Assembly (NCBI RefSeq): GCF_009914755.1
Contig: NC_060938.1
Source: the human T2T-CHM13v2.0 reference genome, Homo sapiens
Length of the DNA stretch: 64,000 nt
Direction: 5' to 3' (one strand)
In this document: positions 12,700 to 28,018 of the stretch, in pieces
Layout: every line of letters begins with the position of its first letter
How positions within the stretch are numbered: position 1 is the first letter of the stretch
Notes under the pieces: generated by a model
Seen by the model: only the letters and a program-made list of their open reading frames with translations
What the model was told of the DNA's origin: nothing
Databases searched by the model: none
Translations under genes and position numbers: made by a program

Positions 12700-14530
12700 G
12701 TTCCTAGAATCTGAATCTAAGGAGCTTGGACTCTTTCCTATTGGCAGAAAGGAGCTTCTTTAGAAGCCTGGGAGTGATCTCTTTAAATGTGAGTTTTAGA
12801 AAGTTAATTCTGGCTTGGAAGCAGTACGTTAGGAGAGTTGGAAGGAGAGAGAGGTTGGAAGTACAAAGATCAGCTATTAGGCTTTTGAAATAATCCAACT
12901 GATGAAGACCTGTTTGAACTGAGTTACTGAGGTGGATGGGGATGGAGGGTAGAAGGGAAGAGGGGTATAGAAGAGAAAAGGAGAGAGAAGGAAAGGAGGA
13001 GGGATATTGAGAAGATAGCATCAGAACATAAGAAAATTGATTGGATGTGACAGTGTGAGAGAGAGGAGATGAAGAGCGTGGGATAATGCCCAGGTTGCTA
13101 GCTGGGCCTGCTGAGTGGATGAGAATACTAAGGAAGGTAAATTCAGAAGGAACAGTTAAGAGAGGAAGTGGAGGAGGAAAACAATGAGTTTGGTTGTAGT
13201 CAGAGTATGTCTGAGTTGTCTAGGGGGCATCCAGGACTAAGAGGGTCAAGGAGAGTGGGTAGTTTGTGAAGAGATCTGGAGATGGAGCTCCAGGGACCCT
13301 GACATCTGAAGGGTGGTGGGGAGAAAAGGAGCACCTGAGAGTGACTTTCAAAGGTGTGCAGAGAGGGAGGAGGGGAGGCACCCGAACATGCCAGGAAGGG
13401 GGCCCGAAAGCAGCAGATGCAGCAGGAAGGCCTGGGAGGTGGGAACTGAGAAGAAGCTCTGGTTTGGTATTTTGGAAGCCACTGGTAACTTTGGGGAGAG
13501 CTGTGTGAGTCAGGGACATGTGGGGGCAGAAGCCGGAATGCAGAGGATGAGGATAGAAAGGGAGAGATGGAGATGATGAGTTTTGATGGAGAAAAGGATT
13601 ACAGAGAATATCTTCAAGGCGAGGGAAGAGGGAAGAGTCCCGTTTTCTTTTAAGGTAACTGGCATGCTGCTGGGGGCAGGGGGTGAGTGGGGAGCCTATA
13701 GAGGTTCGAGAAAGTGTTGATAGAACAGGGTCCCAGGGAGGTGGCAGGGCTTGGAGAAAGAGCACTGGGGATAAGTCAGTTTTAAAGGGACCATTTTTCA
13801 TTGAGAAGGGAAGTAGGGAAGGTAGGTAGGAGAGAAAGTGAGTAGCCAGAGGGGAGAGAAGCACAGGCCTTCATGACTAAAAACCTCAATTTTTTTTTTT
13901 CAGTAAAAAAGGAGCCCCTGTGGCATCTGAATGAGGAAGGGGAAAAGGGTTTAGAAGAGCTGGAGAAGGGAGCATATTGGGGAAAAGTTGAAGGATTGCT
14001 AAGTAGCTGAGGTTGAGAGTGACAGAACCATATTGTAGTTGCATTTGTTGGCATAGATGGGGTTTTGGTTTCTAGTGCCTATCTGTTGCTCAGGAGCAGG
14101 GGAAGTGGTTGCTTAGATTCCTCAAGATAGAGAACTGGTGGGGTGGTGGAAGTTCAGGGGATGAGGTAATGATTGACTATGCAGCCTCTTCTAGGTAAGA
14201 AGTGAAGAGAATGGAGTATGGGAGGGATGATAGACTGTGAGTGAAGAGATTAGGGTGCCGTATAGCTTTGGTGAGGTTAGCAAGGAGGGTTAGGAAGAGA
14301 CAGGAGATAGAAATAAGATTTTCCTGAGATAGGTATTTGCTGGAGAGGTAGTTCTGGGTTGGGTTGAAGTCCAGGTCGGTGATAAGGGAGTAGGAAAAAG
14401 GGTACAGGTTACTGGAGCGGAGGCACAAAGGCCATGAAGCCAGGGCATTGAGCACATGGGCATTGATCACAGTAGTGGGAGTCAGGGTACAGAGGGAAAC
14501 ATAGCCAGTTAAATATCTCAGTGGATGTGG
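12700..14530 (-). mobile_element. Degraded L2 segments
   Basis: Purine-rich L2 antisense motifs (ttttagaaagttaattctggct..., attgattggatgtg..., ccactggtaactttgg). Confidence 0.55.
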
Positions 14531-14549
14531 GAGAGTAATCTTGGGGTGA

Positions 14550-15000
14550 TATATTGGTCAGTTATTACTGCATAACAAACAATCACAAAAAACTGGATGA
14601 TACGCAATAGTAAGCCTTGATTTAGCTTCCACATCTGGAGGCAGTTTGATCTAGGCCTTACTCATCTAGGTAATTCCAGTGATCTTGCACCTGCAGTTTG
14701 GATGGGGTTTGGCTGATCTAGGTTGTTCATAGTTGGGGTGGGTGGCTGGAATAGCTCTGGTCATTGACCTGTTGGGACTGGTGGGCTAGAACAGGCATGC
14801 TTATCTCATCGTGAGGGCAGAGGTGCCAAAGAGCAAGCACTTTTCAAACTTTTGGTCATGTCACACCCACTAATATTTCCTTGGCCAAAGCAAATCATGT
14901 GGCCATGCCAGAATTCAAGATATGGGGAAATAGACTCCACCCATGCAGGCAGGAGGCGACAGTGAGTGAATATTTCTGAACAGTAACATAATTGACTACA
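14550..15000 (-). mobile_element. Old MaLR LTR (MLT1 family)
   Basis: gttattactgcataacaaacaatcac ... ttggccaaagcaaatcatgtggcc. Confidence 0.6.
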
Positions 15001-15334
15001 AGTGGTAGGTAAGAGCTGTGAAGAGGAAGAGAGGTGGGGTTGCAGATGGCATGAGGCCCTTGAATGATGACATAAGCACAGAGGGGAAGAAAGGATACTG
15101 TCTACTCTGCTCCCATCCTGAGATACACATGGCCCCAACACAGAGTGTTTGGCAGAGACATCATTTGATTAGAGAAGGCATAGCTTTCTGTATTGTGAGG
15201 AGTCAAATATGAACAGTGGGAATTCTGGAGGGCACAGAGGGAAGAATTCGAAAGAGGCATTGGGAGGCAGTTGGCTACCCAGGGCCAGAGAGCAGCTGCT
15301 GGAGCAGGGAGGTCCTAGCCTTAGGAATAAAGGG

Positions 15335-15372
15335 CACACACACACACATACACACACACACACACACACACA
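15335..15372. repeat. (CA)n microsatellite
   Basis: Direct reading. Confidence 0.95.
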
Positions 15373-17192
15373 GCTGCTAGAAGAGCGTGGGCTCACCCGA
15401 GGTAAACTCCCACAAAGCCTTATTATTTTGGGAAGGTGTTGTAAAGACCAGCCGCCACATCGCCTTGAATGAGGCTTTGGGTGCTTCTCCCTTCCGGACT
15501 AACTGAGGAGGGCAGATGCTTCCCGGGGAGGAGATAGTTTTAGGGGGAGGTGGTCACAGATCTGTACTATACTTGGGATTTCACAATTGCTTTTACTCTG
15601 GCAGGGTGTTGGGAACTTTTTTTTTTCCTTTTGGCACTACAAATAAGGAAGCCAGAGGGTGAGTGTGGGAAGAAAACTATTTAAATGGAGACACAGTGAT
15701 AGAAATAACATCCATCCTTGGAAAGAGAGGCTCTACAAGAAAGGTGGATGAGGTGGGGCACATCAGACCTACACTTTTTCTCTTTGCAGAGCCTCTCACT
15801 ACTTTTTGAAGTTCTTGATCTTCACTTTCCCACTAGGCTCTAAGCTCCTTGTAGTCAAGGCTGGACTTGTCTTATTCATAGCTTTATACCCAGTGCTAGC
15901 AGCACACTCAGAACATAATAGGTGCTCAATAAATACATTTGAGTGGGTGAGTAAATGCATGATGAAAAATTTACAAGTTAGTATATCCATCTCCACATAA
16001 AAGAATTCAAAACTTATTTTTGGTAATGTCACTCAACAAATATTTAGGGTCCTCTTGAATATTAATCAGGATGACTAGGCATTCATGAAGTGTGAGACAC
16101 AGTGCTTGCCAGAGGGTTGCATGACTTCACTTGCAGCTTTGGGAACACTAACTAACAATGCAGAGTCACGTGAAAATGTTTCAGACCTCAGTTTGTCCAC
16201 CTGCAAAAGGGGGAGGCTGAAGCATTCATTCAGATTTCTTTCCTACAAGGCCTCTTGGAATCTTTAATATTCTATTGTTCATTGTGATCTCTAAAATGGG
16301 GAAAATAGTCTGATGCTTCTAAAATGTATGTTTTTCTTTCTTTTCTCTTTTTGCCTTCAGGGCATTTTGTGGGACTGGTTTTCTATGGAGCACATGTTTG
16401 GAAATGTGGGCTTGACTAATTCTGCTGGATCAATTCTTGTTGAATTTCTTTTGAAGGTCATTCCCCTCCCACCCTCCTAGATGTGCTTATATCAAATGTA
16501 ATAGTGCTTTTTCCCCCTTATACTTAGGATGGGATGGCTGCTTTTTAGAGCACCCAGTGGATTCAAACATCTGGCTATCCTTTGTTCTGATGATGTTGGA
16601 GGTGGATGTTCAGGTTTCAGCGTTGGGTTGTGCCTGTTCTTCTACTTTGGTCCACTATCCCCAGAGCACCCTGAACTCCATGGAGGATTTGAAGCATCCA
16701 AGATAACTCTTTCCCTGAGGGATAGGGGGACAAAGGGACTGGCTTATGTAGAGATGTGGCCAGAGGTTGGGAGGGCTGGACATGCTGACCTGGGACAGGA
16801 TCAGGAATTCTGAAAATCAGGCAGTTCCAAGGTAAGGTATGGAGTCTAGAAAGGAGGCTATTTGCTACATTCTCACTCTTTTGGATTATATATCTGGATA
16901 GGATGTGGCTTCAGGTATTGGGACACTCTGGCTGCCCAGGCGTATTGAGAATGGCCATGGATGGTTGAGAACTAGGCACGGGGATCAAGCCCGGGCCCCT
17001 CTCCTATCTACCCTGGATATGAGCCGTGGCCACCTTATTAGTCTGTCTGTGTCCTGCTGTATTCCTTTCAAAACCGGGTCCCACACCATCGAAAATACAG
17101 ACTTTGTCTCATCACTCCCTCTGTTTAAAATCTTCCAACAGCTCCCCAAGACTTTCTTAGCTTGGCATCCAGGACCTTTGGAACTCTGCCCT

Positions 17193-18667
<1,475 letters not shown>

Positions 18668-18962
18668 AGCCTTACATTTTTTTCCCACTATTCGCTCCCA
18701 CCCATCCTGCATTCCAGATAGATAGAACTTCTTATGGCTTCCCGAACATCCCATGATCTTTCCTATCCCACTGTCTTTACTTGTGGTTTTCCTTCTGCTG
18801 GGACACCTCCCCTGTGGCCGGGTCTAGCAAAACCATTCATTCTTTAATCTATCACCTCCCCTTATGGTTACTGCTCACATGTCTATCTCTCCTCACCCAC
18901 TAAACCCTGGCTGGGATCTTTGGGACTCCAGGAACTTACAGGGTGCCTAGCAAGTAGCAGGT

Positions 18963-18992
18963 GTTTTTTTGGTGTGTGTGTGTGTGTGTGTT

Positions 18993-19042
<50 letters not shown>

Positions 19043-19323
19043 GAGATGGAGTCTTGCTCTGTCGCCCAGGCTAGAATGCAGTGGCCTGATCTCCGCTCAC
19101 TGCAACATCTGCCTCCTGGGTTCAAGCGATTCTCCTGCCTCAGCCTCCTGATTAGGTGGGATTACAGGCGCGTGCCACCACGCCCGACTAATTTTTTGTA
19201 TTTTTAGTAGAGATGTGGTTTTACCACGTTAGCCAGGATGATCTCGATCTTCTGACCTCGTGATCCACTCACCTTCACATCCCAAAGTGCTGGGATTACA
19301 GGCGTGAGCCACCGGGTCCGGCC
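18963..19323 (-). mobile_element. Alu whose A-tail has become a (CA)n microsatellite
   Basis: TSD caagtagcaggt at 18951-18962 and 19324-19335; (GT)n at about 18972-19039. Confidence 0.9.
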
Positions 19324-20849
19324 CAAGTAGCAGGTATTTATTAGAGGTTTGTTGAATGAATGAATAAGGGCGCGTTGTGTTGAATGAAATGGAGGTTGTG
19401 ACCGCTTAACTCCCTCTTGTCACCTTCACCTTTCTGCGTATATTAAAAGATTTATCTAACCTGGAATAACAAATGCCCATCCTGGCATAGCAGAAAGATG
19501 GGTATTTTAAAAAGAGAGAGAGTTTTGTTACCTTTCAAGCATAGCAGGTTTTTGAAAGCTAAGATATAAATAGGTACTAATAAGGAAAATGGGAAAACTA
19601 ATGCAAAATTACAGATTGTATTAGTCCTGATTGTATAATAATGAATCATAAATAAAGGACCATAAACATTCCAGAATTATCCAGTGAGCCCAGAAGTTGA
19701 AGCCATGCTGATAGAATAATTTTTTGAGTCTTGGGTTTGAAAAATATACTGACTTTTTAATTAAAAAAAAACTTTGAAATTTTTTTTGCTGTTAAGTAAA
19801 ACCTGAAACTTGGTAGAGAAAGATGTAATTGGGGCTTCTACCTTTTGAGGATCATGGAAACTGTATTCAAATTATTACAATTCTGGATTAGCATCCCTAG
19901 ATGAGAAGGTTTGATATTATATAATAACTCACTGTGACAGGGCAGAGTCTGGCATAGGTGGGCCCATTGTGTGCCATCCAAATGCATTTAATTACTGCAG
20001 GATGAGCCCATAGGTTTTATATCATATGCCTGTTGCAACTGATGGGAAGGTAGCACTTCTTAGACTGTTGGTTGAGAAGGATTCTGAAGCTCCCTCTGGG
20101 CTCAACATTATGGTACCATGATTAATTAATGATTGATTAGTGAAGTGTGCTGTGAACACGTGTAGGGAAGATTCATGTATTTTGCCACCTTATCTAACAT
20201 ATCCCAGAAGCAGTGGTATAATACTAATCAGTGTGATATATGACAGAAATATGGGACTTATTCAGAAGCTTGAATTTAAGATTCAATTGCATCACTTACT
20301 GTTTTGTGACCCTGAACGAACCATGTTCTGTCTCTGAGCTTCAGTTTCTTCATAGGTAGATGGGAGTTGAAAAAAAAAACACCTTATTTGTCATATGGAG
20401 GTTAGATGAGACAGAGTTACTTTATACACATTAGTGCCTAGCTTTTCTAATCAGGCTTATGAGATCATTGCTGTATGCAGTCAGTACTTACTTGTTTGCT
20501 CCGTGCATGTTACATATGATGGTTTCTGTGCGTATTGCCTGTTTTCCATTCTCAGCTCACAGCACAGGAAGCTTTGCTGGCTCACTGACTTTGCACACCC
20601 ACTAGCCTAGGGCTCTCACCAGAGCACCTCCCACCTCTTTGGTTCTCTGCGGTGACGTCCTTCAGCATAGGCAGTTAACACCGAAGCAGACGAGGCTGAA
20701 GTACATCGTGGTGCTTATAGGCTTGGAAGTTCCATTCTACTTAACTTACTATGTTAAGTGCTCGTAGTAAATTTGGAGCTAAGACTTGGACTTAAGTTTC
20801 CTTAGCTGCCTCAGGACTGCGTCTCTAGAACGTCATAGAGTTTAAGCCT

Positions 20850-21146
20850 TGGCCAGGAAAACTGGGATGACAGTTCTATTCTATGTGTCTCATCCTCTAG
20901 GAGGCGAGCGTGGGCATGTTCTCATGGCAAAGGAGCAAGAGTGAGCAAGCAGAAAATATGAAAATGCTTTTCAGGCCTCTGCTGGTGTCATTTTTGCTAA
21001 TATGCCATTCAGCGAAAGCAAGTCACATGTCTGAGCTTAGTGTCCAGGGCTGGGCTCAGTGATGTTAAATTGCCAAGGGTATGGAGATGGGGAGAGTGAA
21101 GAATTTGAGACATTAATACAATCAAACCCAATCAAACCACTACACA
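20850..21146 (-). mobile_element. Partial old MLT1 LTR
   Basis: catcctctaggag...gggcatgttctcatggc ... aaagcaagtcacatgt. Confidence 0.5.
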
Positions 21147-21169
21147 ACATTATGGGAGAAATCGCTGAA

Positions 21170-21476
21170 TTTTCTTTCTTTTTTTTTTTTTTTTTTGAGA
21201 CAGAGTCTCACTCTGTCGCCCAGGCTGGAGTGTAATGCGTGATCTCCGCTCACTGTAACCTCCGCCTCCCAGGTTCAAGCGATTCTCCTGTCTCAGCCTC
21301 CTATGTAGCTAGGATTACAGGCGCCTGCCACTACACCCAGATAATTTTGGCATTTTTACTAGAGATGGGGTTTCACCATGTTAGCAGGGGGATCTCGAAC
21401 TCCTGACCTCAAGTGATCTGCCTGCTTTGGCCTCCCAAAGTGCTGGGTTTACAGGCGTGAGCAACTGTGCCCGGCT
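21170..21476 (-). mobile_element. Alu (S-type)
   Basis: Full antisense Alu with poly-T. Confidence 0.9.
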
Positions 21477-21974
21477 AGATCTCTAAAATCATAGCGTGAG
21501 TAAGGTGAACAGAAAAATAGTAATGATGATAATGGTCATGGCTAACATTTACTGAATGCTTGTTATCTACCAGTCTGTGCTGGGAGCCTATTGCATTTTA
21601 TTCCATACTGAATCCTCACAATACCCCTTTCATGTAAGTGCTAATATTACCTCTCGCATTTTACAAATGAGAACACTGAGGTTCAGGGAGATTAGGTAAT
21701 TGTCAGAGGTTACAAAGCTCCTCAGTGGTAGAGCTCTGGAATAAGAATCCAGTTTTATCTGACTCTAGTCTAGCTCTTAACTGAATCCCAGAATACCAGA
21801 ACCTTGGGGCAGGGACACCCCTTGAAATGTACTACAGGGGAATCTAGGGCAAACAATGAGCAACTCCCTTTCATGCGGACGGTGATAACCTCAAGGAATG
21901 TGTCCCCCAAATGAGTATTTACTGATGGTTCCCTCATGCTCAGATGTGTGAGGTTGGCAAAAGTTATAAGACTC

Positions 21975-22022
21975 AGTAAAAAGGAAATGAGTAAAAAGGA
22001 AAAATGAGTAAAAAGGAAAAAT
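21975..22022. repeat. 3 tandem copies of agtaaaaaggaaa(aa)tg
   Basis: Direct reading. Confidence 0.85.
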
Positions 22023-23007
22023 CTGTTCAAGAATTTTTTTGCACATTTGTGCAAATGACAGCTCCTCTGTGGCTTTTTGAGGGGAAAGTAGGAGATTCTA
22101 GGGATGGTCCCTTAAATGTTGAGGTTGGTATAGGTGCAGTGGTTTTGAAACTGTTCTTTGGGACTCTGTAGAGTTTCACACTATAAAATCTTGATGACTA
22201 TTGTGGCCGTCATGGGGGAGGCTGGGAAGCAAGATTCCACCTCCTACTTCTGCAGAGAAGCTCTGCTTTTAACTGTCTTATGTTTTGGGGTTTACTTCTT
22301 TTTTTTTTTTTCAATCAGAGTCTTGTGGCTTAAGAAAGGAAAGCCCTGTTATAATGGAAATAAACCCGGTCAAAGGGTCCTGATAGTTGAGCTGTAGTGC
22401 CACTTCCGCCACCGTCCAGTCATGTAATCTTGCACACTTGCTTGATGATCCCTGGGGTTCTTCTTTCTTCATCTATTGAATGAGGGGCTTGGGCTGGCGA
22501 TCTTCACTGTCCTCTCCAGATCTGGTATTCCTCATCTTCCAGGAGGGGCATCTGTGATCTATTCTACTGCCAGGGGTGAAGTTCTAGAACTGGTCTGCTA
22601 GTGATCCGAACCAGAATCCCTCCCTTGAATCCTTCAAATTTCCGTCTGCTTCCCACCTTAGTCCAGTCAGCAAGCACATGTCTATGATCGACTCTGTGCC
22701 AGGCACTAAACCTACCATCGTTCTAAGCTCTGCAGGTCCTAATACTTGCCCTGGCCTGGGAGGGTCTGAAGTGTGCCCTCTTGCTGTGTCTTTTCTTTGC
22801 CACTGTCTTCCTTCTTTATGCCTCACATGTTTATGTCTTCCTACAGGACACAGTGTGAGGGTTGGTAGCACCATATACTCTCTAGGGGTTGGCAGTGGAG
22901 GGGATAATAAGTGGGGACCTAAGGATGTTGCAACAGATGGGCTCACTGGGTCACTGTTCCCTCTCCAGTTCTCTTCAGCCATTGACAAGGATGCTAAGTT
23001 CATCTGA

Positions 23008-23304
<297 letters not shown>

Positions 23305-23322
23305 TAGATCCCTTCTAGCCAC

Positions 23323-23341
23323 CTCTGTCTCTGTCTCTGTC

Positions 23342-23372
<31 letters not shown>
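23323..23372. repeat. (CTCTGT)n/(CT)n microsatellite
   Basis: Direct reading. Confidence 0.9.
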
Positions 23373-23589
23373 GGCAGTGACTTCCTCAGCAAAGGGCAGA
23401 ATTGAAGTCTAGTTGTTTGTCGGGAGGACCTGCATCTTTTATTCTTCTTTCCTAGGTGATGGAGAGGCTGGGGTGACATGGAGGGGTACAGTTCCTATGG
23501 AAGGAGAGAAGGCTGGGGAATGCTAGCTGTGTCAGGCACTAAACCTGCCATCCTTCTAAGCTCTGCAAGTCCTAAAACTTGTCCTAGAG

Positions 23590-24030
23590 GAGACACTGGA
23601 GTGTGGGGACCCAGAGAAGAGGGAGTCAGCCATGAGAAGGTTTGAAGAAGGGCATTTCAGGCAGTGGGAAAAGAAATTGCAAAGACTCTGAGGTTGGGCT
23701 GCACTTATTGAGTTCTGAAAACACCAAGGAGGTAGCATGGCTGGGGCACAGTGAACAAGGGGAAGAGGAGTAGTAGATGAGACTGGAAAGGTGGCTGGTG
23801 TCAGACCGTGGCCATGTGGGGTCTCAAAGGCCACAGGGAGGACTTTGGATTTCATTCTGAGTATGTTGAAAACCACTGGAGGGTCTTGGATGAGGGAGTG
23901 ATGACTTCCATTTTAAAAGGTCATTCTGACTGCTGTATGGAAAATATTCCATAAGGAGCAAAGGTGGAAGCAGGGATACCTGTTGGGAGAACCGTATATA
24001 GTCCAAGAGAAAAAGAAACACTGGTGTAGT
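23590..24030 (-). mobile_element. Degraded L2 segment
   Basis: ggactttggatttcattctgag...ttttaaaaggtcattctgactgctg. Confidence 0.6.
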
Positions 24031-24245
24031 AGAATTGATAGGAGTGCAGCTTACGGCCTCCCCTGTGAGGTCTTGGGATGCAGGGCCAAACCTGGAACAT
24101 CCTGTCAACGGGTAAGGAAACCCTGGGGAGCCTGAAGGTAGAGGAGGAGAGATGGTAGATTGGGTGAGGGGCATCACATAAACTCTGGAGCTAGACCCAG
24201 TTCTGCGGTTATTCATTCATTCATTCAACATATGGTATCCATATT

Positions 24246-24660
24246 CTTTTTCTCCCCCAGAGAATAGATTTTCTTTAGTCCTTGAGGACTCAGCTTCTTA
24301 CAGGGACTTTGGCAGAGGTCAGGGGTGTAGTGCCTTGGCTCTAAATTGGGGTGAGGGTGTTTGGTCCTTCTAGGCATCACAGTGATTCCTGACTACTTGC
24401 TATGAATGGCACTACTCATGTAGTAATGTTGTTTCACATACAGCTTGGGAGGCACAAAAGCCTTGAAGATACATGATTCATGCATGTCCTGATGGCTGCA
24501 GTCTCTGCTGTATTTTGGATGATGAGCTTCTTAATGGCCTTGTCCTTGGCTACACATAGGGCCAAATTCATGCAATAAATAGGCTGAATATGGCTGTGGT
24601 CCTTTTTGCCATGACTGTTGTTCCTTCTCCTCATTGTCATTTTGGAAGTGAGGAGCTGAG
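24246..24660 (-). pseudogene. RPS26P: Processed pseudogene of ribosomal protein S26 (eS26)
   Basis: ORF 24434..24640 MTMRRRNNSHGKKDHSHIQPIYCMNLALCVAKDKAIKKLIIQNTAETAAIR resembles RPS26 [51 protein letters not shown]. Frameshifted thereafter; homologous stop at 24298-24300 followed by RPS26-like 3'UTR; intronless. Pseudogene number not assigned. Confidence 0.9.
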
Positions 24661-26919
24661 ATCTGCACCCTTATTAGCATATGACTTTGGAAAAATGACT
24701 TCATTTTCCAGAGGCCTCAGTTTACTCATCTCCAAAATAGGGATAATAATAGTTCCTACATCATAGAGGTTTTGTAAGGATTAAATGACTTCACGTGTAC
24801 CATACTTGGCATAGCGCGTTGCCCAGAGCAAGTGTATTATGAGTGTTTGCTGTTGCTGCTGTGTTGTAAGGTGTGTGTGCTGGAAGAACTGTGTAGCAGC
24901 CTTTCCACTGGCTTTCCAAAATCACAAAAGGACCAAATTGTCATGGGTCTGGGTCCTGAGCACACTGATCTACACTGTCCCCTTTCTAGGGGCTGTGTGT
25001 CATCTGCTCCTGGCTCCCAGGCTCAGCCTTCACCCCCATTGTAACCCTTCCTGGAAATACCTTTTGTGGGCACATTGCTGCCCCTGCTTCCTGCCCCCTG
25101 GCATCACATTGCTCTGCAGGAGGTGTGGTCTGTGCCTCATACCTGTGAGGTGTGCCCGGTAGATGGGGCTGTGCCAGGCCCCACATTCACCCTGTGGTGA
25201 AGCTGGGGGCTGTCTGGTCTGGGTTCACACAGTTCAAATCTGTCCAGAGCCTTTGCCAGTTTGTTCTGTTCTCCTCACCAGCTCTGGCACCTCTTGCTCC
25301 ATTAATGGAGAATTTGTCAAGTAATGGGAATAATTAGCACAGTGGGGGCTTTACTGTGTCCTGGAAAGAGAACAGAGAGAGCCCTCCCAGCAGCCCCAGA
25401 CATGATTGCTGGGCAGGCTTATTTTCTCTTGTCTGCGCCTCTCTCCCCTTCTCTTACATGTGTTTGATTTTTTTCCCCCTCTTTGTGTGGAGAGAGTTGG
25501 CTAGGAGAAAAGACTCGTAAATTGCACTCTTGCTGGGCTGGTGCTGCGAAAGCTGGATAAGATTGTCCTCTAGGGCTGAATAATTTTCCTCTCCCCTTAC
25601 CCGCTTTGTGGGGAAAGATCAGCTAAGCACCTAGTTCATTTTCCCCTCCTTTTCCCTCTCCATTTTTTCTCTCTCCCCCAGCCCTCCCTGCTTCTCTTCC
25701 CTATCCCCTCATGTAAAGAATTCACTGGCTTTCAATTGAATCTTTTTTAATGGTCCCAAGAGGGGAGGATCTTGAAGGGTGATTATCTTCATTATAAATT
25801 ATTAACTCTCCCAGCAGCCAGATGGCTTTCCAAACCATGGCTGGGAACTCCAGGCTGGGGAGGCCCACTGGCCAGGGAGGAGGGGGTGAGAGAAGGGAGG
25901 AGGCTGAAAAGTAAATGGCCACAGCTTCTTGGGTTCCTGGCTGTACTGAGGTTGCTCGGGAGCCTGTTGGCACCTTACAAGGCCTGAGTTCTTTGGTGTG
26001 TGAGAGAAGAGTTTGTTGTTGTTGTTGGTTTTCACCCACTAGAGAACTCAGGGTGCAACAACTAGGCTACCTTGGGGATGGAGTATAGGTAGTAGGTGGA
26101 AAAGAGACTGTTGCCATGAGTTGCTTTTGGTATGAACCTTAGAAGATTGTCAAGGCATGGTAAGAGGGCATGATTATTTCTGTCCTTTGTGTAGTCTTTG
26201 ATGTGCACATCCTGGAAGGTGTATTCATTGTTCTTCCCAATTTATAGGAGAAGAATAAAAAATTGAATAGATCCAGAGGTATCCATATGGTTGCTTGGCC
26301 AATAGTTAGTGAAAAGACAGTCTGGTTCTGACTTCCAATCTAGTGGTCTTTCCCTGACATCAGATTTCTCTTCCGCAGTTGCTTATGCCCTACTTGTCCT
26401 TCAAGTTTCCTTGCAGGTTCCTCTCCTCTGAGAAACCTCTGACCGCACCAGCCCTGAGTCATCTTGTTCCTCTGGATTGTATTGTACTCCATGTATAGAC
26501 CTACTTAGTACTGGACATAGAACCCCTAAAGATGTCCAGTCTCTTCTGGGTCATCCCCAGTAACAGGGAGCCCGCTTCATTTGGAGGTAATCTGCTTCTA
26601 AGATAAAGACATAAATACTCTCTGTAGAACTTCCGTTCACTAGACAAAATTCTATCCTGGAGGGCAATAGAGAAACCGTGGGATCTTTTTTCCAATTTAA
26701 GTATGCTTCAAAAAAAAAAAAAAAAAAAAAAGAATGCTTCCTACTCCTGTGGACACTGCTCCTGCCACTGCTGCATTGCCTGTGTTAGCCCAAACACCCT
26801 GACACCTCCAAAAATTTCTCCTATAGAGACTCATGTATGACTCTCCACATTGTCTGTGACACTGGAATGAAATTTAAAGAAGTCCATCTACCCAGCCTAT
26901 TCTCCCTAAGCAGTCCCTG

Positions 26920-27275
26920 TGATATGGCTTAGCTGTGTCCCCACCCAAATCTCATCTTGAATTGTAGCTCCCATAATTCCCACATGTCATGGGAGGGACC
27001 TAGTGGAAAGTAATTGAATCATGGGGGCAGATCTTTCCCAAGCTGTTCTCCTGATAGTGAGTAGGTCTCATGAGATATGATGGTTTTATAAAGAGGAGTT
27101 CCCCTGCACAAGGTTTCTCTTGCCTGCCCCAATGTAAGATGTCCCTTTGCTCTTCTTTCATCTTCTGCCATGATTGTGAGGCTTCTCCAGCCATGAGTCC
27201 ATTAAACTTCTTTCCTTTATAAATTACCCAGTCTCAGGTATGTCTCTATTAGCAGCTTGAGAATGGACTAATACA
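26920..27275 (+). mobile_element. THE1 solo LTR
   Basis: tgatatggcttagctgtgtccccacccaaatctcatcttg ... gactaataca. Confidence 0.88.
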
Positions 27276-28018
27276 TCCCATGAGACACCAACATTAGCCA
27301 TGCTGCTAGCATGAAATAATAAGCATCAAGGACAACAGTGGACAGCAACAGTAGATAACATTTATTTGGTACTTATCTGTGCTGAGCATTGTCCTAAGGG
27401 CTTTCACTTGTACTAAGTGCCTACGTATGATAATTCATTGTTATCATCTGTTTCACAGAGAAGACAACGGAGGCATGGAGTGGATAAGTGATGGGCTCAA
27501 GGTCACATAGGCATCAAGTAGCAGGTCTGAGATTTGAACCCAGGAAGTCTGGCTCTAGAGCCCATGCCTTTAACCACTACATTATCCCGCCTGCATGAGA
27601 GGGGCACTCATCCTAGCACCAGTCTTCTACTTTGGACCCTAGAGGCTAACCATCACCGTATCAAGCCCACACTTGGCAGAGTCTGCTTCTCACATTTGGT
27701 CCACCTCCTTATATTATTTAGGCTCATGTCTTTCCTTTCTACTAACATATAAGTGCCTTTCAGGGCTTGAGCTATTTTTATTTATTTATCTGTATGTCTG
27801 GAACATGGGTGCTCCATGGTTAAACAAAATAAATGAAAAACTTTCTTTTCATTCACTATCTTTCAGCTTACCTACACCTTTCTCAGAGTATGACTCAGAA
27901 TAAAAATTCAGTGACTGGTCAGATTGACACAGATGATGATCTCTTTCTTCCTATAAGTTATATTTCAATTAACATAGTCTAAAATTACATTTGATTATCT
28001 GGCAGCCACAAATGCTTT

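Noticed and set aside
13220-13864. 214-aa minus-strand ORF
   Set aside because: Low-complexity L/P/S translation of a decayed L2; no domain recognisable
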